The notes beneath the pieces were generated by a model. It saw only the letters and a list, made by a program, of their open reading frames with translations, did not search any database and was not told the origin of the DNA. From Lachnospiraceae bacterium (GTDB lineage Bacteria; Bacillota; Clostridia; Lachnospirales; Lachnospiraceae): a stretch of DNA of 64,000 nt. The translations under genes were made by a program, and so were the position numbers. This document shows positions 41,116-51,400 of this stretch, piece by piece (the first letter of the stretch is position 1; every line of letters begins with the position of its first letter). Location: assembly GCA_900753305.1 (NCBI GenBank), contig CAADYR010000031.1:37829-101828 (forward strand), read 5' to 3'.

Positions 41116-42318
41116 ATGAGAAGGATGAGAGCAATAAGTCTGTTACTTGTTGCAAGTATGTTGCAGACAATGAATGTATTTGCGGCAGAGGAGAACGGTG
41201 ATGCAAATGCGGCAGCTCAGTGGAAGGAAGCAGCTAATTTATCTCTTCAGTAGGATGGAGCGGAAAGCCCCTATTATTCAACGGGTCAATGGAATGATCC
41301 AAATACAAGCATGACTATGGCATCTTGCGACTGGTTTAATTATAAGGATTATACCGTCTACAGTGATCCATACTACGGACTTTGTCTTTTGAAAAATGCA
41401 TATGATACGTCACAGGTAGAAGCCAATCCAAGTGTTGGCATTGATAATGTTGTTGATTCAACGTTAGCATATGGATGCCTGCCCGATTTTTCAAATCTTG
41501 AGAGCCAATATTTCCCTTTTGAAAGTATAGGCATAACCGAGCAGGAGTATGCAGCAATTCCTTTACCGGCTGTATGTACTTCCTGGCGCTATCCTGCTGA
41601 CTATGAAGAAGATATGTTGAATTACAGTGAGCAATATAATAATCTGATATGGGCGCATAAAGGCAAATATTGGCCCTATTCCAATTTCACAGAGAAAGGA
41701 CTTACAGGCAGGAAAATAATGGAATGGAGACTGATAGATGCTGCGGCAGGCGTTCCTATTGGGTGCCATGTAAACAGATTTAGTCCTGATGGGATATATA
41801 GTAATAAACAATATGGTAGTGTAATTAAAAGTATAGAGGTTAAGTATCCGTGTGCGAGTCTCGACAGATATTGTGCGCAGAAGGCATTTAAAATATCATA
41901 TGGACCACATGCAGTAAATACGATAAATGGAAAATATTATGATGATGTGTGGACAGTGCAATTTATTATGTATCCAAATGAAATGGACATGCGATATTTG
42001 CATGGATTGTTACGTCTGATTACTCCTGATGCAGAAGAAATCTATTCTGCAATCAAGACAGATTTGTATGGAGATAAAGAGTATGGTCCCTGGCATTATG
42101 AAGATCAGGATTATAACATAGGTTATGCACCGTGGAAATATTATGATAAGTGGTATGATATCGGCACACAGTCAAGAATATGCTCTTCCTATACTGCCCA
42201 GACAGAAGATACAACCAGAATAACTGGTTATGGTGACGGCTGTGAGCCTACTTGCTTTATCTACAGAATTGCTCCCAGAGTAGGAGTGAATGCGCCGGGG
42301 TATGGTATTAGAAGATAG
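41116..42318 (+). pseudogene. Secreted hypothetical protein (400 codons) interrupted by an in-frame TAG at codon 46
   Basis: RBS GGAGGTG, signal peptide MRRMRAISLLLVASMLQTMNVFA; TAG at 41251-41253, then 19 open codons in frame into ORF 41311-42318. Confidence 0.75.
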
Positions 42319-42389
42319 TGGAGGATAGAATCTATGAAAAAAATATTTTTAGCTGCTTTTATTTTAGATAATTTATCATGAAACATTAT

Positions 42390-42418
42390 AAAAGAGAAGC
42401 CTGTTAAGCTTCTCTTTT
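42390..42418. terminator. Bidirectional terminator between convergent genes
   Basis: AAAAGAGAAGC / GCTTCTCTTTT. Confidence 0.75.
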
Positions 42419-43643
42419 ATAATTGGAAGAATCGTGTATATTCATTTACCGGAACATGTTTGTACTTTTGCCCCTGTACGCCGTAGTAGAGCTGTGATGC
42501 ATAGATATCCGCCTGCAAGGAAGTCAGGGCTAAGCCATCCAGTTTTTTGACTGCATCAGGAAGTCTGGTGAAGACTGGAATAGAGCTGTTGCCTTTTATT
42601 GCCTTCAGAACGTCCCGTCCTTTGTCATTGAATCCAAGCAGATGCGCATAGAAAGTATAGTCATTTTCTTTTAACTGATCGGCAGTTTCCTGATGCATAT
42701 CCAACAGGATATGCATCAGACTCCTTGCAATTCTGGTGAAGGTCACATTTCTGGTCTTACAGTCCAGGCAGAACTGATGGAAGGAAGTATATTCTGTCAG
42801 ATGCTTGCGGAAGGTATCGGACAGGGATTCTGTCATATCATAGATACCAGACAGATCATGACCAGAGTGAAAGCAGCTAATCAGTATATAATATAATATA
42901 GAAGAGAAGTCATCAACATACAGATATTCCCGGTTTTGCATGAGGCTGGAATATACCGAAGAGGGAACCTGATCGGCTAGTCGTGCATAATCAGCCTGTT
43001 TATCCTGCATGAAATTCCTGATGGCGCTGGCAGAAGCGAGTTCATTATTCAGCGAGGGCGCATTGTAACCGTTGCCCTGTCTTTTTAAAGTAACAGGCTG
43101 TATGGAGCTTTGACGCATCATTAATGCCTTGATATATTCGATTGCCAGGGTATTATTAGGTTCTTTGGTTAATGCAGCCTTTTCAGAAGATAATTCCTGC
43201 ATCAATGCGTAGTATCTGGCAGAAGCAAAAGACTCTCCCTTTTTCTGGTATTCTTTTAAATAAGTGACATACGTGTCACTTTCTGATGACAATATAGAAG
43301 CGATTTCTTTTAATGACTGTAGATTGCCACATTCGCTGCCAAAGTGAAGGTAATCAATGACACCGAGCTTGTCTAATAAGGATACTGCACCCTGAGCGAA
43401 ATATTCTGCACTGCCGAGGCTGTAATATACAGGAAGTTCCAGTACAACATCAGCACCGTTCTCCAATGCCATCCGGGCGCGGAGATATTTGTCAACGATA
43501 GCGGGAATGCCTCTCTGCATGAAATTACCGCTCATAATAACAAGAATACGGTCAGCTCCCAGTTCTTCGCGAATGTTCTGTAACTGATAGAGATGACCGT
43601 TATGGAATGGATTATATTCAGCTATAACCGCAGCAATTCTCAT
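42417..43643 (-). CDS. tmcAL: tRNA(Met) cytidine acetate ligase (YlbM-type HIGH nucleotidyltransferase)
   Basis: IAEYNPFHNGH, MSGNFMQRG, FGSECG, PNNTLAIEY, SASAIR; start reassigned to 43643. Confidence 0.9.
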   Translation of the reverse strand: MRIAAVIAEYNPFHNGHLYQLQNIREELGADRILVIMSGNFMQRGIPAIVDKYLRARMALENGADVVLELPVYYSLGSAEYFAQGAVSLLDKLGVIDYLHFGSECGNLQSLKEIASILSSESDTYVTYLKEYQKKGESFASARYYALMQELSSEKAALTKEPNNTLAIEYIKALMMRQSSIQPVTLKRQGNGYNAPSLNNELASASAIRNFMQDKQADYARLADQVPSSVYSSLMQNREYLYVDDFSSILYYILISCFHSGHDLSGIYDMTESLSDTFRKHLTEYTSFHQFCLDCKTRNVTFTRIARSLMHILLDMHQETADQLKENDYTFYAHLLGFNDKGRDVLKAIKGNSSIPVFTRLPDAVKKLDGLALTSLQADIYASQLYYGVQGQKYKHVPVNEYTRFFQL

Positions 43644-43663
43644 AGAAGTTATCATACCTTTCA

Positions 43664-43765
43664 AATAAAACTGCACCAGCCGCCAAGTGTTCCTCCGGGA
43701 TAATCAATAGGTGAACCGAGACACTGGCGATACGCTGATACGCACTCCTCCCGGAACTGATGCAT
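43664..43765 (-). ncRNA. Candidate structured leader RNA of unknown family upstream of tmcAL
   Basis: 9-bp closing helix, two internal helices, 7-bp pseudoknot and a U-tract; begins just after TTGTTT-17-TATAAT (43800-43772). Confidence 0.6.
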
Positions 43766-43888
43766 AAACCTATTATAGTGTGTCCGTTTACAAAAAACAA
43801 TAACCATCATGACTAATTATTACGGTAGTCAAACAATAGCAGATAAGATATGATAAGAATAAATGGATAAACAGAAAGGGGATCACAA

Positions 43889-45487
43889 ATGTATAAGAGA
43901 ATTTATGTGGATCAATGTGGATATCAGCCGGATATGAAGAAATATGTTACCTTTCAGTCACAGGAACCTGTAGAGTTTGCCATACTGAGAAGTGATGGCA
44001 GTTGTGTGATGCAAGGTAAAGCAGAGAAACCTGTTAACAATGCTTCTGCTAAAGAAATAGATTATATAGGTGACTTTTCACAGATCACAGAGCCGGGAAG
44101 ATATTATGTGACAGCCAAAGGTTTGGGAGAGTCTGATACTTTTACAATTGGTAATGATGTATACACAGATGCCTTTCAAAAGGCGATGCATTTTTATTAT
44201 ATGCAAAGATGTGGATGCAACTTACCCAAAGAAGCAGCAGGTATCTATGTACATGCTGCATGCCATACAACAGAGGCGACCATATATGGAACTGATCAGA
44301 AACGCAATGTGTGCGGAGGATGGCATGATGCCGGCGACTATGGAAGGTATGTAGGACCGGGCGCAATGGCAGTTGCACAATTATTGCTGTCATATGAAGC
44401 AAACAAAGACATGGCACAGCAGTATTATAATCCGGTTTATCATGATGAAACACTTCCTGCATATCTGGCGGAAATCAAATATGAACTGGACTGGATGATG
44501 ACAATGCAAAGAGAAGACGGAGCACTATATCATAAGGTAAGCTGTTATAATTTCTGCGGTTTCATTATGCCTGACCAGGAGAAAGAAGAACTGGTGATCA
44601 GCCCGATATCGACTACAGCTACGGGGGATTTTGCAGCAGTAACAGCAATGGCAATCCGATTCTATAAGGAATATGATGCTGAGTATGCAAAGAAGCTGGA
44701 GCAGGCTTCAAAAAAGGCATATGAAGCCCTGAAAAAGTCAGAACTGCCCGGTGGATTTAAGAATCCACCTGAAATTGTGACAGGAGAATATGGCGATGAA
44801 AGTGATTTTGATGAGAGATATTGGGCCGCAGCAGAACTCTACAAAGCATTTGGCGAAGAACAATATCGCCTGGACTTCGAGAAAATGGCAGCAGAAAAGA
44901 TCTGCCATGGTTATGGATGGGTCGAGATGGGAAGTTACGGAAATCTGGCGTATCTGACTACCGAATATCCAATTTCTGGTGATTTGAAAGATAAGATCAC
45001 ACAATCCATGCTCGAACTTGCAGAAGAAAAATTAAAAATCGTGGAAAATGATGGGTATGGTACAGCTCTGAATTCTACAGAATATACATGGGGCAGTAAT
45101 CTTGATACAGCAAATAACGGATTGCATTTATATGATGCGTACAGAATTACAGGAGAACAGAAATATCTTATAGCAGCAACAGAACAGATTCATTATCTGC
45201 TTGGGAGAAATCCGATGGGGCTTTGCTATCTGACCGGATGTGGAACAGATGCTATTAAGCATCCTCATCACAGACCTTCAGGGTTTCTGGGAAAGGCAAT
45301 GCCGGGAATGTTATCCGGAGGACCTTGTAACTGGCTGGCAGATGAGACAGTGAAACAGATATTTACCAAAGAAACAGCACCTGCCAGATCACTGGCAGAT
45401 ATGACAGGCAGTTATTCGACAAATGAGGTTACAATCTACTGGAATTCTGCATTTGTGCAGCTTCTTTTATCAGTTATAAAAAAATAA
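43889..45487 (+). CDS. GH9 glycoside hydrolase with N-terminal Ig-like domain, no signal peptide
   Basis: VDQCGYQP, GGWHDAGDYGRY, HPHHRPS, YSTNEVTIYWN. Confidence 0.93.
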   Translation: MYKRIYVDQCGYQPDMKKYVTFQSQEPVEFAILRSDGSCVMQGKAEKPVNNASAKEIDYIGDFSQITEPGRYYVTAKGLGESDTFTIGNDVYTDAFQKAMHFYYMQRCGCNLPKEAAGIYVHAACHTTEATIYGTDQKRNVCGGWHDAGDYGRYVGPGAMAVAQLLLSYEANKDMAQQYYNPVYHDETLPAYLAEIKYELDWMMTMQREDGALYHKVSCYNFCGFIMPDQEKEELVISPISTTATGDFAAVTAMAIRFYKEYDAEYAKKLEQASKKAYEALKKSELPGGFKNPPEIVTGEYGDESDFDERYWAAAELYKAFGEEQYRLDFEKMAAEKICHGYGWVEMGSYGNLAYLTTEYPISGDLKDKITQSMLELAEEKLKIVENDGYGTALNSTEYTWGSNLDTANNGLHLYDAYRITGEQKYLIAATEQIHYLLGRNPMGLCYLTGCGTDAIKHPHHRPSGFLGKAMPGMLSGGPCNWLADETVKQIFTKETAPARSLADMTGSYSTNEVTIYWNSAFVQLLLSVIKK

Positions 45488-45552
45488 AATATCTGGTTGA
45501 CAAAGTATAGATGTGTGTGTATAATAAATCAATGTGTGGATAGGAGTCTGCT

Positions 45553-46077
45553 ATGTTAGTGAATTTGACAGATGTATTAACAAATGAAGGAAGAACACAG
45601 GAAATGACCGCTTCTTATGAGGCAGATTCATATACCTGTCAGTTGGGAACTTTTTCTATTAAGGAGAAGAGTCCAGTGACTTTGAAACTTTCTAATATTG
45701 GACAATCTAAGGCATTGGTCGAAGGCAATGTGAAACTTGTTTTTGCAATGCAGTGTGACAGATGCCTGACGAATGTAGATTATACATTTGATTTAAACTT
45801 TTCCAGAAGGGTGGTCACACCTGACTATATCGGAGAGGACGAAGATATCGAGGATATGGATTTTATGGGAGGGTATCACTTAGATATAGACGGACTGATC
45901 AATAATGAAATATTATTGAATTGGCCAATGAAGGTTTTGTGCAGCGAATCCTGTAAAGGGATTTGCAAGGTGTGCGGTAAAAATCTAAACGAAGGAGATT
46001 GTGGATGCGATGATTTCGTACCCGATCCCCGGATGGCAGCGATTAAAGATATTTTTAACGCGTATAAGGAGGTGTAA
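45553..46077 (+). CDS. YceD/DUF177 protein
   Basis: CDRCL, PMKVLCSESCKGICKVCG, DPRMA; precedes rpmF; promoter TTGACA-17-TATAAT upstream. Confidence 0.93.
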   Translation: MLVNLTDVLTNEGRTQEMTASYEADSYTCQLGTFSIKEKSPVTLKLSNIGQSKALVEGNVKLVFAMQCDRCLTNVDYTFDLNFSRRVVTPDYIGEDEDIEDMDFMGGYHLDIDGLINNEILLNWPMKVLCSESCKGICKVCGKNLNEGDCGCDDFVPDPRMAAIKDIFNAYKEV

Positions 46078-46079
46078 CA

Positions 46080-46259
46080 ATGTCTATTTGTCCAAAGAAT
46101 AAATCTTCTAAAGCAAGAAGAGATAAGAGAAGAGCAAACTGGAAGATGAGCGCTCCTACATTAGTAAAGTGCAGCAAATGTGGTGCTTTAATGATGCCTC
46201 ATAGAGTTTGCAAGGCTTGCGGATCTTACAATAAGAAAGAGATCATCAGCGCAAACTAA
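46080..46259 (+). CDS. rpmF: 50S ribosomal protein L32 (absent from the ORF track, 59 aa)
   Basis: MSICPKNKSSKARRDKRRANWK..CSKCG..PHRVCKACGSY; RBS AAGGAGGTG. Confidence 0.97.
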   Translation: MSICPKNKSSKARRDKRRANWKMSAPTLVKCSKCGALMMPHRVCKACGSYNKKEIISAN

Positions 46260-46281
46260 TTGCTGAAGAATGCAGAATTAT

Positions 46282-46320
46282 TAAGGTGTTAGGCTATATG
46301 GCCTGACACCTTATTTTATT
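46282..46320 (+). terminator. Terminator after rpmF
   Basis: AAGGTGTTAGGC / GCCTGACACCTT plus T-rich tail. Confidence 0.75.
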
Positions 46321-46453
46321 GTTATTCCAATCCGGTGTCAGGTATATTTTTTATATAGTATATTGATTTTTATGCCGTTGTTTAGTATATTTATATTAGT
46401 TTGGTGCGCTTTTGGCTTAGGCTGGAAGCTGTACGTAGGAGGATAAGCTGACA

Positions 46454-47467
46454 ATGGAAGAAATGACGAGAGTAGCAGTAGATGCTATGGGCGGTGATAA
46501 TGCCCCTGTAGAAATCGTAAAGGGTGCGGTAGATGCTGTCAATGCAAATCAGAAGATCAAGGTATATCTGACAGGTAAGGAAGATGTTGTAAAAGCTGAG
46601 TTGAGCAAGTATACATACGATACAGAACGCATTGAGGTTGTAAATGCTGACGAAGTAATAGAAACAGCAGAACCTCCTGTTCTGGCAATCAGAAAGAAGA
46701 AGAATTCTTCCATTGTGGTTGCACTGAATCTTGTGAAAGATGGAACCTGTGATGCGTTTGTTTCAGCAGGCAGCTCAGGAGCCGTATTAGTAGGAGGACA
46801 ACTTATTGTAGGAAGAATCAGAGGAATTGAAAGACCACCTCTTGCTCCATTGATTCCTACGGAAAAGGGCTGTTCTTTATTGATCGATTGTGGAGCAAAT
46901 GTTGATGCAAGACCGTCTCATCTGGTTCAATTTGCCAAGATGGGTTCTGTATATATGGAAAGCGTTATGGGTGTGGAAAAACCCAGAGTAGCAATTGTAA
47001 ACATTGGTGCTGAGGAAGAAAAAGGAAATGCGCTGGTAAAAGAAACGTTTCCTTTATTGAAAAACTGCCCGGAAATCAATTTCATTGGAAGTATTGAGGC
47101 AAGAGATATCCCAACAGGATATGCAGATGTTATCGTTTGTGAAGCCTTCGCCGGAAATATTATTCTTAAGTTATATGAAGGTGTTGGCGCAACTCTGATC
47201 AAGAAAGTAAAGGCAGGTATGATGACATCCCTTAGAAGCAAGATCGGTGCCCTTCTTGTAAAACCTGCTCTGAAAAAAACTCTGAAAACATTCGATCTTC
47301 AGGAATATGGTGGAGCACCGCTTCTTGGACTGAATGGGCTGGTAGTGAAGACTCATGGCAGTTCCAAAGCAATAGAAATCAAGAATTCTATTCTGCAATG
47401 TGTAACATTTAAAGAACAGAAGATCAATGAAAAGATTAAGGATAAAGTAATCCTTAAAGATGAGTAG
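46454..47467 (+). CDS. plsX: Phosphate acyltransferase
   Basis: AVDAMGGDNAP, LIDCGAN, NIGAEEEKG, KTHGSS. Confidence 0.97.
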   Translation: MEEMTRVAVDAMGGDNAPVEIVKGAVDAVNANQKIKVYLTGKEDVVKAELSKYTYDTERIEVVNADEVIETAEPPVLAIRKKKNSSIVVALNLVKDGTCDAFVSAGSSGAVLVGGQLIVGRIRGIERPPLAPLIPTEKGCSLLIDCGANVDARPSHLVQFAKMGSVYMESVMGVEKPRVAIVNIGAEEEKGNALVKETFPLLKNCPEINFIGSIEARDIPTGYADVIVCEAFAGNIILKLYEGVGATLIKKVKAGMMTSLRSKIGALLVKPALKKTLKTFDLQEYGGAPLLGLNGLVVKTHGSSKAIEIKNSILQCVTFKEQKINEKIKDKVILKDE

Positions 47468-47482
47468 GAAGGACCTGAGATA

Positions 47483-47710
47483 ATGGAATATGATGCTTTG
47501 AGAAAGGTTACGGCTGCAATTCTGGGGATGGACCCTGAAGAAATCCGACCGGATATGACATTTCTCACAGATTTGGGAGCCGATTCCCTTGATGTATACC
47601 AGATCGTAATGGGTGTAGAAGAGGAACTTGGTATCACAATTCCTGCGGAAAAAGTAGAAAAAATAGAAACAGTACAGGAAGCTGTTGATTTGATTAAAAG
47701 TGTGAAATAA
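47483..47710 (+). CDS. acpP: Acyl carrier protein
   Basis: DLGADSLD phosphopantetheine site. Confidence 0.92.
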   Translation: MEYDALRKVTAAILGMDPEEIRPDMTFLTDLGADSLDVYQIVMGVEEELGITIPAEKVEKIETVQEAVDLIKSVK

Positions 47711-47757
47711 AGCCCTGCATGGGGCTTTTTCCATGAAGAAATTAGGGGTGGAAAGAC

Positions 47758-48462
47758 ATGCGTGATATGAATGAAGTTTTGGATGAGCTGCAAAGCAAGA
47801 TAGGTTACAGCTTTAATAATCGTGATTTGCTGAAACAGGCTCTGACACATAGTTCTTTTGCAAATGAGCAAAAGATCAACAAATTAAAAAATTATGAAAG
47901 ACTGGAGTTTCTGGGTGATGCTGTTCTGGAACTGGTATCCAGTGAATTTCTGTTCAAGGAGAATCCACAGATGCCGGAAGGGCAACTGACGAAACTGCGT
48001 GCTTCCATGGTATGTGAGCCAGCCCTTGCCTATTGTGCAAAGGACATAGATTTAGGTTCTTATATGCTTCTGGGAAAAGGCGAAGAAACAACGGGGGGCA
48101 GATACCGCAGTTCTATTACTTCAGATGTTATGGAAGCAATTATTGGAGCTATCTTTCTGGATGGAGGAATAGAAGAAGCGAAGAAGTATATTTATCGTTT
48201 TATCTTATCGGATCTGGAAAACAAGATACTTTTCCTGGACAGCAAGACCATTCTTCAGGAAGAGATACAGAAGAAAAAGGATGCACAGCTTCGTTATGAG
48301 CTGGTAAGTGAGAATGGACCGGATCATAATAAAGAGTTTGCGGTTGAGGCATATTTAAATGATGTTCTGATAGGATCGGGATCCGGCAGGACCAAGAAGG
48401 CGGCAGAACAGCAGGCTGCATATGAGGCACTTCTTAAAATGAAAGGCAAGCATCGCAAATAA
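47758..48462 (+). CDS. rnc: Ribonuclease III
   Basis: NYERLEFLGDAVL plus dsRBD. Confidence 0.97.
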   Translation: MRDMNEVLDELQSKIGYSFNNRDLLKQALTHSSFANEQKINKLKNYERLEFLGDAVLELVSSEFLFKENPQMPEGQLTKLRASMVCEPALAYCAKDIDLGSYMLLGKGEETTGGRYRSSITSDVMEAIIGAIFLDGGIEEAKKYIYRFILSDLENKILFLDSKTILQEEIQKKKDAQLRYELVSENGPDHNKEFAVEAYLNDVLIGSGSGRTKKAAEQQAAYEALLKMKGKHRK

Positions 48463-48483
48463 CTCAATTGATGGGGGACATGA

Positions 48484-51400
48484 ATGTATTTAAAAAGTAT
48501 AGAGGTACAAGGGTTTAAGTCTTTTGCCAATAAAATCAATTTTCAGTTTCATCAGGGGATCACGGGTATCGTTGGCCCAAATGGATCTGGTAAAAGTAAT
48601 GTAGCGGATGCTGTGCGCTGGGTATTGGGTGAACAGCGTATTAAACAGCTTCGAGGAGAGTCCATGCAGGATGTCATTTTCTCGGGAACAGAGCTGCGCA
48701 AACCTCAGGGATTTGCTTATGTGGCAATTACCTTTGACAATGCGGATCATAAATTAGCCATTGATTACGATGAAGTAACAGTGGCGAGAAGATTGTACCG
48801 TTCCGGAGAAAGTGAATATTCAATTAATGGTACACCGTGCAGACTAAAGGATGTTAATGAACTTTTCTATGATACCGGTATTGGTAAGGAAGGCTATTCT
48901 ATTATTGGTCAGGGTCAGATCGAGAAGATATTAAGTGGTAAACCTGAAGAAAAAAGGGAGCTTTTTGACGAAGCAGCGGGGATTGTTAAGTTCAAGAAGC
49001 GTAAGGCAACAGCGCAGAAGAAACTGGAAGATGAGAAACAGAATCTGGTCCGTGTCAATGATATTCTGAGCGAACTTGAAAAACAGGTCGGCCCATTGGA
49101 AAAGCAGTCTGAAAAGGCAAAGATATATTTAAAAAAGCGCGAAGAACTGAAAGAACTTGATGTGAATCTGTTTTTACTGGAAAATGGAAGGATCAGGGAT
49201 CAGCTTGCAGGAGTAGAAGAAAAGTATTCGATCGCAAAAAATGATTATGAACAGGCTGTAAAGCAGTATGATGAAGTAAAGAATGAATATGATTCTATTC
49301 AGGGCAGGATTGAAGAACTGGAACAGCAGATTGAAACTGCCAGAAATACAATTTCTGATGCCAGTATGACTCGCGGTAAACTGGAGGGTGAAATTGCTGT
49401 TTTAAAAGAGCAGATTAAGAATGCTCAGGGAAATGAACAGCATTTTAATGAGCGTGTGGCGGCCATTCAGGGGCAGATACACGAAAAAGAACAGGAAAAA
49501 CAGAAACTTCTGGAGAATAAAGCAGTATATGATGAGGAAATGGCTTCGCTGGAAAAAGCCAGAAGCGAGGCAAAGGATTCCTTATCTCAGGTTCAGCAGA
49601 GAATTGCGGAATTAAATACACTCATCGAAAAAAATAAAAATCAGATCATTGAAACACTCAACGAAAGAGCTACGATCAAATCAAAAATGAGTAGTTTTGA
49701 TACCATGATGGAACAACTCAGGATTCGAAAAGCGGAATTGAATTCAAGGCTGCTTCGTGCCAAAAGTGATGAGGCAGAGCGAGATGCTGAAATTAAGGCA
49801 TTGGAAGAGAAATTTCAGAAGATCAATGACCAGATTATTGAAAAAAATAATCATCTGACACAGTTGGATGAAGAAAATACAGCAATGCGTGCCGGACTGA
49901 CAGCAAAAGATGAAGAGATACGTTCCTTACAGGAAAAATACCAGCAGAGCAAATCCAGGCTGGATACCATTACCAATCTGACAGAGCGTTATGAGGGTTA
50001 TGGCGGTAGTATTCAGAAAGTCATGGAACAGAAGGATAAGAATGAGGGTATCATTGGTGTAGTTGCAGATATTATCAAAGTAGAAAAGAAATATGAAACT
50101 GCAATTGAAACTGCATTAGGTGGAAACATCCAGAATATAGTAACGGATGATGAAGAAACTGCCAAACAGATGATCGGCTTTTTGAAGAAGAACCGTTATG
50201 GACGTGCTACGTTCCTTCCGTTAACGAGTATTACTAAGCCTCAGGAGTTCAAAACACCTGAGGTATTGAATGAAAAAGGTGCAATCGGACTGGCAGATTC
50301 ACTGGTGCAGACTGAGAAGCGCTATTCGAATGTTGCCAAGGCTATGCTGGGAAGAATTGCAGTTATTGATAATATCGACAATGCAGTCAGGATTGCCCGA
50401 AAATATGATTACGGCGTACGTATGGTCACACTAGAGGGAGAACTTCTGGTGCCGGGTGGTGCCATCAGTGGTGGTGCATTTAAGAACAATTCCAATCTTC
50501 TCGGAAGAAGAAGGGAAATGGAAGAACTGGAAAAACGTGTTGCACAGTCCATGCAGGCACTGGAAGATGCAAAGACAGCGCTGGAGGAAATGCGCCAGAA
50601 AAGAAATGAACTGCGTAAAGCTATTGAAGAAGAAAAGTCTGCTTTACAGGATCTTTTTATCAAGCAGAATACTGCACGTTTGAATGTCGTAACTGCTCAG
50701 GAGAGAAAGACAGAAGCAGAGCAGGGATTTGGAGATCTGAAAACAGAGGAAATCGAGATTGGTCAGAAACAGGCTGAAATTGATCGTGATAAAGAAAATA
50801 TTCTGAAAGAACTGGAGACTTCCAGGCAACAGGAGAAGAATCTGGAACAGGAGATCACATCATATCAGGAAGAACTGGAAGGATATCGTGCAGAAGAATC
50901 CGGCAAGACTGGTATGGTGGGCGAATGGGACGTAGCTTATGAAAAACTTTTACAGAAGCAGGAATTCGAGAAAACGAATCTGGATCGAATTGAAACAGAA
51001 ATGCAACGATTAAAGGATGAATTAAGTGAAGTTGAAGAGAGTTTATCCCAGAGTAGGGCAGAAGCGGAAATCCGTCAGCACAGTATAGAAGAACTGACTA
51101 TGACAATAGAAGCTTCACATAGCACGCAATCTGATTCTGAAATTGCTTTGAAAGAGAAACAGCGCAGCAGAGAAGAATTGATGACGAAACAGAAGAACTT
51201 CTTCACTACCAGAGAAGAAATTTCCGAACGAAAAGCAGGACTTGATAAAGAAGTGTACCGATTGAATGCTCAAAGGGAAAAATTAGAAGAATCTCTGGAG
51301 TCTCAGATCAATTACATGTGGAATGAATATGAACTTACATTGAGTTCTGCAGGTGAGCTTCGCAAGGAAGAATTTAATGATGTTCCCTCAATGAGAAAAC

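Noticed and set aside
41251..41253. Pyrrolysine or recoded TAG
   Set aside because: TAG is a true stop in several core genes here (greA, plsX, rnhB) and no pyl genes are in the window; a nonsense mutation or error is simpler.
43664..43765. tmcAL leader as 6S, SRP RNA, ykkC, yybP-ykoY, guanidine-IV or an HDV-like ribozyme
   Set aside because: Only short words match (GTTCCG, CCGGAGG); length and conserved cores do not fit any of them as I recall them.
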